DNA from: an uncultured bacterium
GTDB lineage: Bacteria > JAGOEH01
Reading direction: 5' to 3'
DNA: 39,133 bases
NCBI GenBank assembly: GCA_964632485.1
Contig: CAZWDO010000029.1
Coordinates: 1-39,133, forward strand
Position numbers and translations under genes: made by a program. The notes beneath the pieces were generated by a model. It was not told the origin of the DNA. It saw only the letters and a list, made by a program, of their open reading frames with translations, and searched no databases. Positions within the stretch are counted from its first letter, which is position 1; every line of letters starts with the position of its first letter. This document shows positions 27,676 through 37,611 of the stretch, one piece after another.

Positions 27676-29470
27676 AAATGGTCTCCAATGCGTGTTTGAC
27701 ATTCTGAAACACGATGGCATTCAACGCAGTATGCTTCTCTTTTACAATTGCTATCAATATGGTTGTGTTTTCAAAATCAACCCGTGAAAAAATTACTTCA
27801 TACGAGCTCAATACTTTGAGTATCTCAACCATTTTCTCATGCTGAAGCTTATAGCATATATAGAAAATACTTCCAGGAGTTACAATTTTTTTCGAAGAAA
27901 GAACCACTGATAATTGCTCTGCTACAACCTTATAAGGGATTTTATTTCGGCTTAATTCCTGAAATAAAGTTATCGAACGATCCATAATGATCAGAACCTC
28001 ATCAGGGAATGCTGAAATTCGATAGAATTCATTCAAATGATAATAAAAATGGGACAGTAAATCGACCTGCTGGTTGCTTAGTTTTTCCTTTAGATAGTTA
28101 AGACGGGATAAATCCATGAGCCGCATCCCCTCATCAAAATCGCGGAAATGCGGTAAGTAGCGATTGAGGATGAGTTTAATCTGATTATAGATCGCTGCGC
28201 TCGTATCCCATTGTTCTGTTTCGATGCGCAGATCGAGAATATCCATTTCATTATCGTTCATGCGGGAGGGGGGGGAGATTTTAAAGATATGGAATCCCGG
28301 AATTTGACTCAGATCCAGCGCAAACTGGAAGGCGAAATTGCGGCTTTGAATCAGGTTTTTTTGATAAACGATTATCGCTTTGTATTCAATAAAATATTCT
28401 TGGCGGTTTTCCAGACTGAGATAAAACTGAGCGATCCCTGTCCGTTCGGCCTCATTTCGTAAAATAGGGATAATGGCCCGTCCGTATTGCTCGAATCCGC
28501 TCATTTTATCAAAGGATTCTAAACTAAGTAAATATCCATGGGATCGCAGTGTTTCAAAGGCGTTTTCGATACGCCGAATATTATCCGAATTATACCATGA
28601 TTCATTGTGGTCGTTGATCTCCAGCCGGATCACTGTAATTGCGCCAGCCATATACTTCTTTACATAACGGATCATAAAATGGGGGATCGATTTTCTCAAT
28701 GCAGTTAGAATCATGTTCATGTTGATTTTTTCTTCTAAACTGATAACCGATATCCCTGTTAATTTTTCGCGAGTCGTCTTGAGATTCTCAATCCGGTAGT
28801 AAAATCCGACTTGTGGGTCTTCCAGTAATTTCTTAGTAAAAATAAAATTGTTATAAATTTGGGTAAAAAGATCATTAGCTGTTCGCTCACAAATATAGGC
28901 GCGCGTCCGATTGGTAAAAAATTTTATGATCTCGCCTTTCTCCTGGGTCATCGTTTGAGCGATCTCAGGATCGCATTTTTGATGGATCAGCCGGATCACT
29001 TCCTCATAAATTTCCAATTTTTCAATTTCCTGGGCAATCAAATAGTTAATCGGACCACTTTGGTGGCTGGCTCGTTCAATAATCGATTTTAAATATATCC
29101 GTTGAATTTGGAATTTTTGACACTCTTGTTCGTTTAATTGGAGCCGATAAAGGATAAATGTTTTCTGCTCAGCTTTATAGGGGAAAAGGAACCCGTGTAC
29201 GAAAATCAGATTAAAGCCCAGGTTGTGGAGATATCCACTGATAGTTTCCAGAATGCCGGGACAATCCGGAGCAATAACCCCCAGGTTCATTAAATAATAA
29301 TGGGCGATCCTTTCTTCATTAATATAGACGAAAACATCTTTTTCCTGTTTTAAAAAGCGTTCAAATGTATTAACGAAAAAATCGTTTAAAAATTTTTCAT
29401 TTTGATGATTGACATTATTGATAAAATTAAGGCATTGGTGAAGATTGTCTATGGGCATAGTGGTTCGCAA
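27668..29470 (-). CDS. Hypothetical protein with ACT-like domain(s)
   Basis: [26 protein letters not shown] matches the ACT D.PG.L..I...L...G.NI motif. Later segments show repeated alpha/beta patterns. Overlaps both neighbours. Confidence 0.65.
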   Translation of the reverse strand: MRTTMPIDNLHQCLNFINNVNHQNEKFLNDFFVNTFERFLKQEKDVFVYINEERIAHYYLMNLGVIAPDCPGILETISGYLHNLGFNLIFVHGFLFPYKAEQKTFILYRLQLNEQECQKFQIQRIYLKSIIERASHQSGPINYLIAQEIEKLEIYEEVIRLIHQKCDPEIAQTMTQEKGEIIKFFTNRTRAYICERTANDLFTQIYNNFIFTKKLLEDPQVGFYYRIENLKTTREKLTGISVISLEEKINMNMILTALRKSIPHFMIRYVKKYMAGAITVIRLEINDHNESWYNSDNIRRIENAFETLRSHGYLLSLESFDKMSGFEQYGRAIIPILRNEAERTGIAQFYLSLENRQEYFIEYKAIIVYQKNLIQSRNFAFQFALDLSQIPGFHIFKISPPSRMNDNEMDILDLRIETEQWDTSAAIYNQIKLILNRYLPHFRDFDEGMRLMDLSRLNYLKEKLSNQQVDLLSHFYYHLNEFYRISAFPDEVLIIMDRSITLFQELSRNKIPYKVVAEQLSVVLSSKKIVTPGSIFYICYKLQHEKMVEILKVLSSYEVIFSRVDFENTTILIAIVKEKHTALNAIVFQNVKHALETIFV

Positions 29471-30054
29471 TCATGAGAAAACAATTTGCTTTCTCTTTGG
29501 ACAGGTTGATACGTATCTAGATATTCGAGAATGTCGGGCACGTAGTCTGTAAAGAATGCCAAATCAAGGAAATCCCTTTTTAGAAAATTTTTTTCACACA
29601 AAAATTCCAGATAGTGATAGAGGGGTTGGAAGAAATCATGAGGGCTGAAGACAACGATTGGTTTGTTATGGTATTCGAGTTGTTTGAGGGTCATAATTTC
29701 AAACAATTCTTCCAGCGTACCCAGACTTCCCGGGCAGGCGATAAAACAATCGGCCAATTCCTCCATTCGGCGTTTTCTTTCCCGCATGTCCGCTACAATA
29801 TGGAGTTCTTTAAGTCCATGGTGAACGATCTCTGGGCGATTGAGTTTCTCAGTAATAATCCCAATTGTGTGGCATTGGTATTCCAAAAATATATCAGCAA
29901 TCAAGCCCATGAGTCCAATCGCTCCAGCGCCATAAACCAGTGTCTCACCCCGGCGGGCCAGGGATTCTGCCAGTTGACGGCATGCCTGGCGATAGGGTTC
30001 ACCGACTCCATCACTTGATGCGGCGTAAACACAGATTCGTTTTTTACTCATCAT
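29449..30054 (-). CDS. LOG family (TIGR00730-type) nucleotide monophosphate phosphoribohydrolase
   Basis: ICVYAASS, LVYGAG.IGLMG, MRERK..M, PGSLGTLEE (variant of PGGxGTxxE) and QL..H.KP. Confidence 0.92.
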   Translation of the reverse strand: MMSKKRICVYAASSDGVGEPYRQACRQLAESLARRGETLVYGAGAIGLMGLIADIFLEYQCHTIGIITEKLNRPEIVHHGLKELHIVADMRERKRRMEELADCFIACPGSLGTLEELFEIMTLKQLEYHNKPIVVFSPHDFFQPLYHYLEFLCEKNFLKRDFLDLAFFTDYVPDILEYLDTYQPVQRESKLFSHDCEPLCP

Positions 30055-30060
30055 GAATTT

Positions 30061-30089
30061 AAATTAATAAAGTTCTCAGTGAAAGTCAA
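30061..30089 (-). promoter_or_regulatory. Internal sigma70-type promoter for LOG-ACT-uvrA
   Basis: Minus strand: TTGACT (30089-30084), N17, TAATTT (30066-30061). Confidence 0.55.
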
Positions 30090-30099
30090 TGATATTTTT

Positions 30100-31335
30100 T
30101 CAAATGGTCTGCTTGAGTAGTTTTTTTCGGATTAAAGAATGGATAGCAAAGCGTTTATCGTACTCAATCAGAACAAAATCATTACTATGGAATTCTTCGA
30201 TTTCTTCACCAAATAAAGAAAAGCTTTGGGGCATTTGAACTTGGTGGATTAGTCCTTCCGGGGTATAGGACTCTAATTGATCAGTTTTAGAGAAAGGGCT
30301 TTTAATTTCCAAGAGTATCCAGGTTTTTTTGTAGATACGTCGTACAATGGCGACGGTTTTGAATTGGCGCAGATAATCAAGGGATGAGTAGTTTTGAAGG
30401 AGGTGAGGGGGGGTTCCACCAAAAAAGGCGCTGGTATAGGGACGATGATCCACTTCATTCAGCCGGGATTGCCACTCTGCTAATTGATTATTGAAAGTTT
30501 GCGGTGAGCTAGCCAGGGTATCAAGCGCGCTTCGATAGACAGCAACGGTCGTTGTTAGATAATGAATTGATTTCATTCGGCCTTCAATTTTGATGGAATC
30601 AATGCCAATTTCTGTAATGGCCGGTAGGTGCTCTAAGAGGCAAAGGTCCTTAGAATTTAGTATATAACTGCCGTAATCATCCTCCTCGATGGGGAATGAT
30701 TCCCCGGGACGGGATGATTCGAGCAGTGTGAAGTCCCAGCGGCAGGGATGAGTACAATCGCCCTGGTTGGCTGAACGAGCGTTGAGGGCGGCGCTGATCA
30801 GGCATCTGCCGGAATATGCCATACACATTGCTCCATGTACAAAAATCTCAAGCTTCATTTTAGATTCGCAGCGAATACTCCGAATTTCATCAACCGTCAA
30901 TTCCCGGGCAAGATTGATGCGCTGAATCCCAAGCTGTTGATAGAATTTTACGGCTAGATGATTAGTGGTGTTTGCCTGGGTGCTAAGGTGCAGGGGAATT
31001 GTCGGGCAGTAGCTTTGCGCCAGGAGAATTGCTCCCGGATCCGAGACGATGATCCCATCTGGTTGAAGTGTATCAAGAAATTTCAGCCAAATTTTTAAGG
31101 GAGCCAAATGAATTTCATGCGCGTAAATGTTGACGGTGATATAAATTTTTTTCCCGGCGTGGTGAGTATAATCGATGGCGTCCTTCAGTTCATCCGGGCG
31201 AAAGTTGCTAGCCTGATTTCTTAACCCGAAAGCTTCACCCGACGCATAGACTGCGTCGGCGCCCATCGCTAAAGCTATTTTAAGTTTTTCAAAATTACCG
31301 GCCGGCGCTAATAATTCGGGAATCAGGGCTGCCAC
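30100..31335 (-). CDS. Peptidase U32 family protein (TrhP/YegQ-like; probably an Fe-S RNA hydroxylation protein)
   Basis: PELLAPAGN, GADAVY, HLSTQAN, LAREL, E.FVHGAMCMAYSGRCLIS, NQGDCTHPCRW, NSKDL and KIEGRMKS. Confidence 0.92.
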   Translation of the reverse strand: MAALIPELLAPAGNFEKLKIALAMGADAVYASGEAFGLRNQASNFRPDELKDAIDYTHHAGKKIYITVNIYAHEIHLAPLKIWLKFLDTLQPDGIIVSDPGAILLAQSYCPTIPLHLSTQANTTNHLAVKFYQQLGIQRINLARELTVDEIRSIRCESKMKLEIFVHGAMCMAYSGRCLISAALNARSANQGDCTHPCRWDFTLLESSRPGESFPIEEDDYGSYILNSKDLCLLEHLPAITEIGIDSIKIEGRMKSIHYLTTTVAVYRSALDTLASSPQTFNNQLAEWQSRLNEVDHRPYTSAFFGGTPPHLLQNYSSLDYLRQFKTVAIVRRIYKKTWILLEIKSPFSKTDQLESYTPEGLIHQVQMPQSFSLFGEEIEEFHSNDFVLIEYDKRFAIHSLIRKKLLKQTI

Positions 31336-33005
31336 AGCAATCCCATTCCTAAACGGATTTCACCCGCTCGATAGGGATACAGCAAATAGTTTTTCTGATT
31401 CAGTATATTTTGCGCAGTTACTATCAGCGATAACTCCCGGAATAGGTTTTTGCGAAGTTCCCAGTTCCAACTCATATAGCTGATGACTCTTAACCCGGGC
31501 ATTATCTCCTCACGTCCCACATAATATATATACCAGAGCAAGTTCCAATCCGGCTGCGGATTCCATTGAATTAATCCCTCCCATTGCCATTTCGGTTGCA
31601 AAAACAACTGTTTGACTGCGCTTGAGCGAGTATAATTTTCGGGTATGGCTTGGTAAAAAAGTAAAATAGTATCACTTTCAATTTGGCGATACTGATTAAA
31701 TTGCCAGATCGATTGAATTTTTAATTCGGCAACGGGATTCCAGTTTATTTGTAGCTGCGCCTGAATTTGATGATAATCAACAAAATAGGGTGAAAATACT
31801 GTCTGTTCGGGATCGTAATATCCGTTCCAGACGTCCGATAATAATGAATACCCTAATCTGGATTCCAGTTGGATGGAGGGTCGGGGAGTATAGAGCGCAT
31901 TAAACTGAGTGTAAGTCTGACGAAAGAGATGGGGAGAGAATCCCAGATTGGAAGCTGACCAGGGACCCGGCATCCGTTGACGGGTTTCCAATCGGCTCAG
32001 GTTAGTTCGATGGTCACTGCCGAATTCCCAGGAAAGTGAATTCTGGTCTTTCAGGATGATTTGCCACGATCCTTTAAAATCAAATAAAATATCACGATCC
32101 AAACTGTCTGAGGCATACCCCGGCGCAATTTCCAAAGTAAGCGGCGAGATAGTAGTTGCCAGCCGGGTGGAAAAATGCAGAAATTGTTGCTTTTCTTTGG
32201 AATTTCCATGCTGTATGGTCTTTGTTTGCCGCCAAGCCAAGTCCGTTGTCCACTGTAATACCTGCTTTTGGAATTCGAAACGAGTGTGATGTGATCCTTT
32301 GATGTGCTGGTAATTGGCATCTTCGCTGTATCTGTTGGTAATACTGTTTTTTTGATAGCGATAATCTATTGACATTGAATGCGGGTGGCTGTTCCATTCC
32401 CATTCATATTCCGGTATGATTTGCCAGTTTAAATAATCAAACCACCGTTCCTTATAGGCGTAAGCATCGGAACTAATTTGTTGTTCAAATGAATCAGTTA
32501 CAATAGCGGGTACTCTTTTAAGCTCAAGGCTGAATGGGCAGGAGAAAAACTGCGAAGGCTTTACCCGAGTGATAAATTTGTCTTGCATAGACAGTGAGTG
32601 ATACTGATTGGCAATTTTTTTGATTGGACGATAGGTTTCAAAATTAAGATAGATCTGATTTTGCAGGGGATCAAGGGCTAAGTGATTCCGATAATGGCTC
32701 CAAAACCAGCGATTGTATCCTCCTCCTACTTCCAACTCCTGGATAAAACGTGTTGGGATCACCTGGCCCATTGGTGGAATAATGTCCAGTTTCCGAGCCG
32801 GCGGCAAATAGATATGAGTTCGAGTCGGAAGTATGGATGTGCGTAAAAGAATCGGTGAATTTTCTAAAAAATTAATGGGTTGACTTGGCTGAACCCAAAG
32901 GGAATCCGGATTGTATATAATTAAATCTGGTAAAAGCAGAGGATTGGTTTGCGCCAATGATAACGTGAACAGACATAGGACGGTTATGAACCCAATTTTA
33001 TTCAA
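31323..33005 (-). CDS. Putative outer-membrane beta-barrel protein (TonB-dependent-receptor-like C-terminus)
   Basis: Signal peptide and many amphipathic, aromatic-rich strands. Terminal NILNQKNY...YPY....IRLGMGLLW resembles a barrel C-terminal strand. Confidence 0.7.
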   Translation of the reverse strand: MNKIGFITVLCLFTLSLAQTNPLLLPDLIIYNPDSLWVQPSQPINFLENSPILLRTSILPTRTHIYLPPARKLDIIPPMGQVIPTRFIQELEVGGGYNRWFWSHYRNHLALDPLQNQIYLNFETYRPIKKIANQYHSLSMQDKFITRVKPSQFFSCPFSLELKRVPAIVTDSFEQQISSDAYAYKERWFDYLNWQIIPEYEWEWNSHPHSMSIDYRYQKNSITNRYSEDANYQHIKGSHHTRFEFQKQVLQWTTDLAWRQTKTIQHGNSKEKQQFLHFSTRLATTISPLTLEIAPGYASDSLDRDILFDFKGSWQIILKDQNSLSWEFGSDHRTNLSRLETRQRMPGPWSASNLGFSPHLFRQTYTQFNALYTPRPSIQLESRLGYSLLSDVWNGYYDPEQTVFSPYFVDYHQIQAQLQINWNPVAELKIQSIWQFNQYRQIESDTILLFYQAIPENYTRSSAVKQLFLQPKWQWEGLIQWNPQPDWNLLWYIYYVGREEIMPGLRVISYMSWNWELRKNLFRELSLIVTAQNILNQKNYLLYPYRAGEIRLGMGLLWQP

Positions 33006-35952
33006 TTTTTTTTAACTCCTCTCCGGCTAATTTGCGAATTGAACTATCTGCAGCGGTTTCGGCCAATTTTTTTAGTTTTTCCCGCGCTTGTACTGAATGA
33101 TTTAGTTGGAGGTCACATAACGCTTCCTTATAGCGGGATTTCTCCACCCAGTCGGTAAATTTTTCATAGAGGTATTGGACTTTTAAATAATCTGAGGCTG
33201 CCATAGGGTAATCCTGACGAGCAAATTTTATTTCACCCATGTAATACTGGGCGCCTGCGGCCAGTTCATTACTGGATACTGCAATTATCTCCTGGAATAT
33301 CTGTCCAGCTTCGTTAAACTGTGAATTGGCGAAATAAAGCTTCCCCAGTTCAAAACCAGCTTCCCGGGCGTAATAATTGTCACCCCCGATTGCTATGATT
33401 TTTTTCAATAATTGTTCCGATGAATCCTGTCGGTTTAACGCAGATTGGATTTTTGCTTCCAACAACCATAAAGGAAAAGATTCCTCTTCGGGGGCAGAAA
33501 CCAAGCGAAGCTGTTGAAGCGCGTCTTCGTAATTCTTTTGCTTAAAGAGCAATTCCGCCATTTTAAGATTCAATGCGCGTCGCTGTTCTCCCTCAGGTAA
33601 TCGCGCCAGATATTTATCGAGGATCAGACGCGCTTCTTTTTCCTGTTGAGAGATCACCAGGAAATTAATATAGTCTGGTAGGATCGAACTGATATCGCTT
33701 TTGGGTTGAGCTAATAGTGAATCATATAGCTCAACAACTCGGGGTATCTGTTTTTGTTTTTCCAATAAATGAATTTTAATGAGTGTCAGTTGTGTGGCCC
33801 ATACCTTCATCGCTTCAATCTTCAACCATTGATCCACATATTCCAATGCCTGCCCTTGATCGCTAAATTGCATCAATGTCCACTCCAGACTTTTAAGGCT
33901 CTGCTCTATCACGATCGCCGTTTGGGATTTGTCCAGGTTTTTTTGATACCAGTTGATGGCTTGTTCATGATTATTCAGGTTATAGTTGGCATCCCCCAGA
34001 ATGAAATTAACTTGCGTTAAAAATGGGGATTGGGGGTATCGTGTGGAATAATTTTTAAGGTGCTCGATTGCCTGCGGGTATTGCTCCTGCAGGAAAAGTG
34101 TTCGCCCGTAATAGAAAAATGCGTCATCCTCCCATTCACTCCGGATGCCTGAATTAAAGATTTTTTGGAATTGTTGGGCGGCTGACTGATACTCTTTAAG
34201 TCTGAGGTAAGCGAGGCCTAATTGATAATTAACCTGAGATTTGTTTTGTTGAGTGCCCGCATGGAGCAAGGCTTTTTCATAATAGGCGGTAGCGTTATCA
34301 AATTCTTTAAGATTGAAAAAACAATCCCCCAGCAACTGCTCGATCGTCGCTTTCTGAGTGTCGGTAGATGCCTGGGAAAGAGCCTGATTCAGGTTATTGA
34401 CCGCCTGGTTGTATTGCCGGCCGGTAAACCAGAGATAGCCCTGATAATAATAATATTGAAATAGATTAGTTTTGTTTTTGGGGAGGGTTTTTACCGTCGG
34501 TAGAAATTGCCGGAATCCTTTTTCATCATTCAGTTTAGTAAACGCTCTGAGCGCGTAGATGATTGCCAGCTCATAATGGTCGCTGCCGCCGCTTCCGTCA
34601 ATAACTACCTGCTTCATATAATCAAGGGCCTGTCGGGGATTGCCCAACTCGAACGCGCATAATCCGGCAAGAAAAGTCGCCTCATGGCGGGTTTGTTGAT
34701 CCTTGCCCAACGACCGGTAAGATTCATAAATTGATAGGGCTTTTTGATAGTTTTTTAATTGGAAATATGAGTCGGCCAGTCGTTTTTTAGCCGGAAGTTT
34801 GAGCCGCTCCTGGCTAAAATTATAGGGTTCCAGCAATGTGATTACCTTATTATAATTCTTGTTCGTATAGTAGGCATCTGCCAAAGTATAGCGGAGTTCC
34901 TCCCCTAAATCCGGGTTGTACGTTATGAGTTTTTTAAGTGATTGCTCAGCGGACGGGAGATCCATACCGGCGATCTGGTTCATTCCATACCAGTAAAAAT
35001 ATTCAGCTCCGTGGACGTGAGTAAAGCTTTCTAACTTTTTTCCTAACTCCATGGCGGATGAATAGTTCCTTTTTTGATAGTATAACTGTAGAATTGTGGC
35101 ATAGACTTGGGATTGGTATGTTGTGTGAGGAAATTTCTTCAGTAGAGATTGCGCCTGGGCCAGCGCTGAGTCATAACGTTTTAACCCTAATTCACAGAGC
35201 GCCCCAATTAACATTAAGTAATCGTTGTCATTAAGAGTCGCTGCCGGCAGGCTGTTCATTTGTTTGAGCGCCGCTTCATATTTTTCCTGGCCATAAAGAA
35301 TTTCTATCAGCAACTGTTGCGTTTGTAAATATAAAGGGCTTTGAGAATTTGCATTGATACCTGAGATGACCGCGCGGGCCTGGTCATAGTTTTGCCGGGT
35401 ATTATAAATTCGACCCAGCGTGTAGCGCGCGTAATCTTCATAGCCTGATACCGGTTGAGTTAAATATTTGTTCAAGTATTCTTCGGCTTCACGCGTATTG
35501 TTTTTTTGGTAATAGACCATGCCTAACCAATAATAAAGCTCTTGATTCAATTCATGACCGGGAAATTTTTTTTGGAAGTCCAGAAATTTGATAATTGCAG
35601 GATCCAGGGATCCGAGATAAAAATAGGCGATTATTTGACGATACATTAACTGCGCTGCATAAGGATACCCTGAATATTGATTTAAGTAGTTTTGAGCTGT
35701 TTTTATCAGTGGTTCATATTGGCCCAGCATAAACAAACATTCTATTTTCATGTGTCGGATTTCATTTAGTTCCTGGGCGGTGGGATACTGATTGATAAAC
35801 TGGTCGATCTGAGTGGAAGCCACATCGAACTTGTTATCATTAAAAAGACTGTAAATGAATTTCAGGTCTTTTTCTTTTACTAACAGATTATTGCCGAAAA
35901 GATTAATCGTGAGTGGTATAAAAATTGCGAGTATGAATAACGCTTTCCGCAT
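32998..35952 (-). CDS. Large exported tetratricopeptide-repeat protein (984 aa)
   Basis: Signal peptide and continuous TPR repeats (YYWLGMVYYQ, YTLGRIY, YQLGLAY, FILGDANY, YYMGEIKF) with YP/FP turns like CpoB/BamD. Confidence 0.9.
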   Translation of the reverse strand: MRKALFILAIFIPLTINLFGNNLLVKEKDLKFIYSLFNDNKFDVASTQIDQFINQYPTAQELNEIRHMKIECLFMLGQYEPLIKTAQNYLNQYSGYPYAAQLMYRQIIAYFYLGSLDPAIIKFLDFQKKFPGHELNQELYYWLGMVYYQKNNTREAEEYLNKYLTQPVSGYEDYARYTLGRIYNTRQNYDQARAVISGINANSQSPLYLQTQQLLIEILYGQEKYEAALKQMNSLPAATLNDNDYLMLIGALCELGLKRYDSALAQAQSLLKKFPHTTYQSQVYATILQLYYQKRNYSSAMELGKKLESFTHVHGAEYFYWYGMNQIAGMDLPSAEQSLKKLITYNPDLGEELRYTLADAYYTNKNYNKVITLLEPYNFSQERLKLPAKKRLADSYFQLKNYQKALSIYESYRSLGKDQQTRHEATFLAGLCAFELGNPRQALDYMKQVVIDGSGGSDHYELAIIYALRAFTKLNDEKGFRQFLPTVKTLPKNKTNLFQYYYYQGYLWFTGRQYNQAVNNLNQALSQASTDTQKATIEQLLGDCFFNLKEFDNATAYYEKALLHAGTQQNKSQVNYQLGLAYLRLKEYQSAAQQFQKIFNSGIRSEWEDDAFFYYGRTLFLQEQYPQAIEHLKNYSTRYPQSPFLTQVNFILGDANYNLNNHEQAINWYQKNLDKSQTAIVIEQSLKSLEWTLMQFSDQGQALEYVDQWLKIEAMKVWATQLTLIKIHLLEKQKQIPRVVELYDSLLAQPKSDISSILPDYINFLVISQQEKEARLILDKYLARLPEGEQRRALNLKMAELLFKQKNYEDALQQLRLVSAPEEESFPLWLLEAKIQSALNRQDSSEQLLKKIIAIGGDNYYAREAGFELGKLYFANSQFNEAGQIFQEIIAVSSNELAAGAQYYMGEIKFARQDYPMAASDYLKVQYLYEKFTDWVEKSRYKEALCDLQLNHSVQAREKLKKLAETAADSSIRKLAGEELKKIE

Positions 35953-36106
35953 AAGGTTCCACCTTTATTTAAAAATTTACACATACAAATGTCTATCGTC
36001 ACCGGCTTACCGCCATCTTCCTTGTCCCCGGTGAATGCGCGCGGAGCCGGATTGGTATCATTACACTCTATTGGAATCGCTTTTATTCCATTAACATAGT
36101 ATGAAT

Positions 36107-36180
36107 ATATTATGAAAATTGGAATAAAAAGTCAAGATAAATATTTTAGTCTTGACTTTTATCTTTGATTTTTATTTAAT
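36107..36180. promoter_or_regulatory. Back-to-back divergent sigma70-type promoters
   Basis: Minus strand: TTGACT (36135-36130), N17, TAATAT (36112-36107). Plus strand: TTGACT (36152-36157), N17, TTTAAT (36175-36180). Confidence 0.65.
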
Positions 36181-36186
36181 ATCCGC

Positions 36187-36304
36187 AACGTGCAGGTTCT
36201 TTTCCAGGCATCTGTGAATATCGGGTCTTAAAATTATCCGGAGCGGATTTTTATAAGCTGATATTCCCGTTATCAATATAATTGGAATCCGTTGTCTGCA
36301 GGTT
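36187..36304 (+). ncRNA. Candidate structured RNA or 5' leader of unknown class
   Basis: Nested pairings: AACGTGCAGG/TCTGCAGGTT, TTCCAG/TTGGAA, GAATATCGG/CTGATATTC, CTTA/TAAG and ATCCG-GAG-CGGAT. Starts at the predicted TSS. Confidence 0.35.
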
Positions 36305-36348
36305 TTATGTTTAGCGAACCCGAGGTATAGAGTGAGTGATGAAATCGT

Positions 36349-37611
36349 ATGAAAATGACCCGTTCTGAAATCAGTTGGATACTTTATGATTGCGCAAATT
36401 CAGCTTATTCTATTATCATTACAACCGCTGTGCTGCCAATTTTTTTCAAGCAGAGTGTAGCGACAGGGTTGCCTTCTTACGAAGCTACTGCCTGGTGGGG
36501 ATATGTCAATACAGCTTATACCCTTGTACTGATGCTTTTAGCGCCGTGGTTAGGAGTTATGGCGGATATCCGCTATTATAAAAAGCGGTTAATGATTGGA
36601 TTTATTGTTTTGGGTGTAAGCAGTAGCGCTGCCTTAATGACCATCCAGTCGGGCGAATGGATTCAATGTCTGAGTTTGTATTTTTTTTCTGCAATTGGAT
36701 TTGCGGGCGCTAACATTTTCTATGATGCTTTTTTGAGCGACATCACATCCCCGGAGCGTAAAGATTGGCTTTCTGCTAATGGATTTGCCTGGGGCTATTT
36801 GGCGAGCGCTGTTCCCTATCTGCTGACAATGATTGCTTTGAGCCATCCGGAATGGTTTGGCCTGGCGGATGTTGCCCAAGCCGCCCGGTACTCGTTTTTA
36901 TTAACCGCTTTTTGGTGGGCGCTTTTTAGTATTCCCATTATATTGCATGTTACACAACGTTATTATATTATTCATGATGATATTCCATTGATCCGCTATA
37001 GCGTGCGGCGTTTGTGGCAGACCATCCGTTCTATCCCCCATTACCGGCCGGTGTTTCTTTTTTTGCTGGCCTATTTTTTTTATATTGATGGAGTGGATAC
37101 AATTATTAAAATGGCGGCCATTTATGGTATTGATATAGGCATCGATTCTGCTGATTTATTATTGATTTTGCTGGTTGTGCAACTGGTGGCGTTTCCGTTT
37201 GCGTTGATTTATGGGCGTTTGGCGCGATATTGGGGCGCGCGTCGGATGATTTATTTAGCGATTGGAGTTTACTGTTTCATTACCGTTTTAGCGTATTTTG
37301 TGCATACAACCTGGCAGTATTGGGTGTTGGCTTTACTTGTGGCTACTTCCCAGGGCGGGATACAGGCGCTGAGCCGCTCATATTTCAGTAGCCTGATTCC
37401 CCCTGAGCGTTCCTCCGAGTTTTTCGGCTTTTACAATATCTTTGGGCGATTTGCTGCGATTCTGGGCCCGTTTTTGGTGGGTTTTTTTACTCAAATTTCG
37501 CAAAATACACGATTGGGAATCCTGGCTCTGATCATACTTTTTATTTTGGGAGCGGTTTTGCTCAGTCGGGTTCCAATTTGCAATAATGCAGTAAACAGCC
37601 ATGAAAACTGA
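36349..37611 (+). CDS. MFS transporter, ATG22/UMF1 (YxiO-like) family
   Basis: SWILYDCANSAY, FYDAFL, S..GFAWGY, FYIDGVDTI, GGIQALSRSY and EFFGFYNIFGRFA. About 12 TM helices. Confidence 0.92.
   Translation: MKMTRSEISWILYDCANSAYSIIITTAVLPIFFKQSVATGLPSYEATAWWGYVNTAYTLVLMLLAPWLGVMADIRYYKKRLMIGFIVLGVSSSAALMTIQSGEWIQCLSLYFFSAIGFAGANIFYDAFLSDITSPERKDWLSANGFAWGYLASAVPYLLTMIALSHPEWFGLADVAQAARYSFLLTAFWWALFSIPIILHVTQRYYIIHDDIPLIRYSVRRLWQTIRSIPHYRPVFLFLLAYFFYIDGVDTIIKMAAIYGIDIGIDSADLLLILLVVQLVAFPFALIYGRLARYWGARRMIYLAIGVYCFITVLAYFVHTTWQYWVLALLVATSQGGIQALSRSYFSSLIPPERSSEFFGFYNIFGRFAAILGPFLVGFFTQISQNTRLGILALIILFILGAVLLSRVPICNNAVNSHEN

Noticed and set aside
36124-36162. Inverted repeat AAAAGTCAAGA...TCTTGACTTTT as an operator or mobile-element end
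   Set aside because: It is explained by two back-to-back TTGACT -35 elements, each with a correctly spaced -10. The same hexamer recurs at other promoters in the window.
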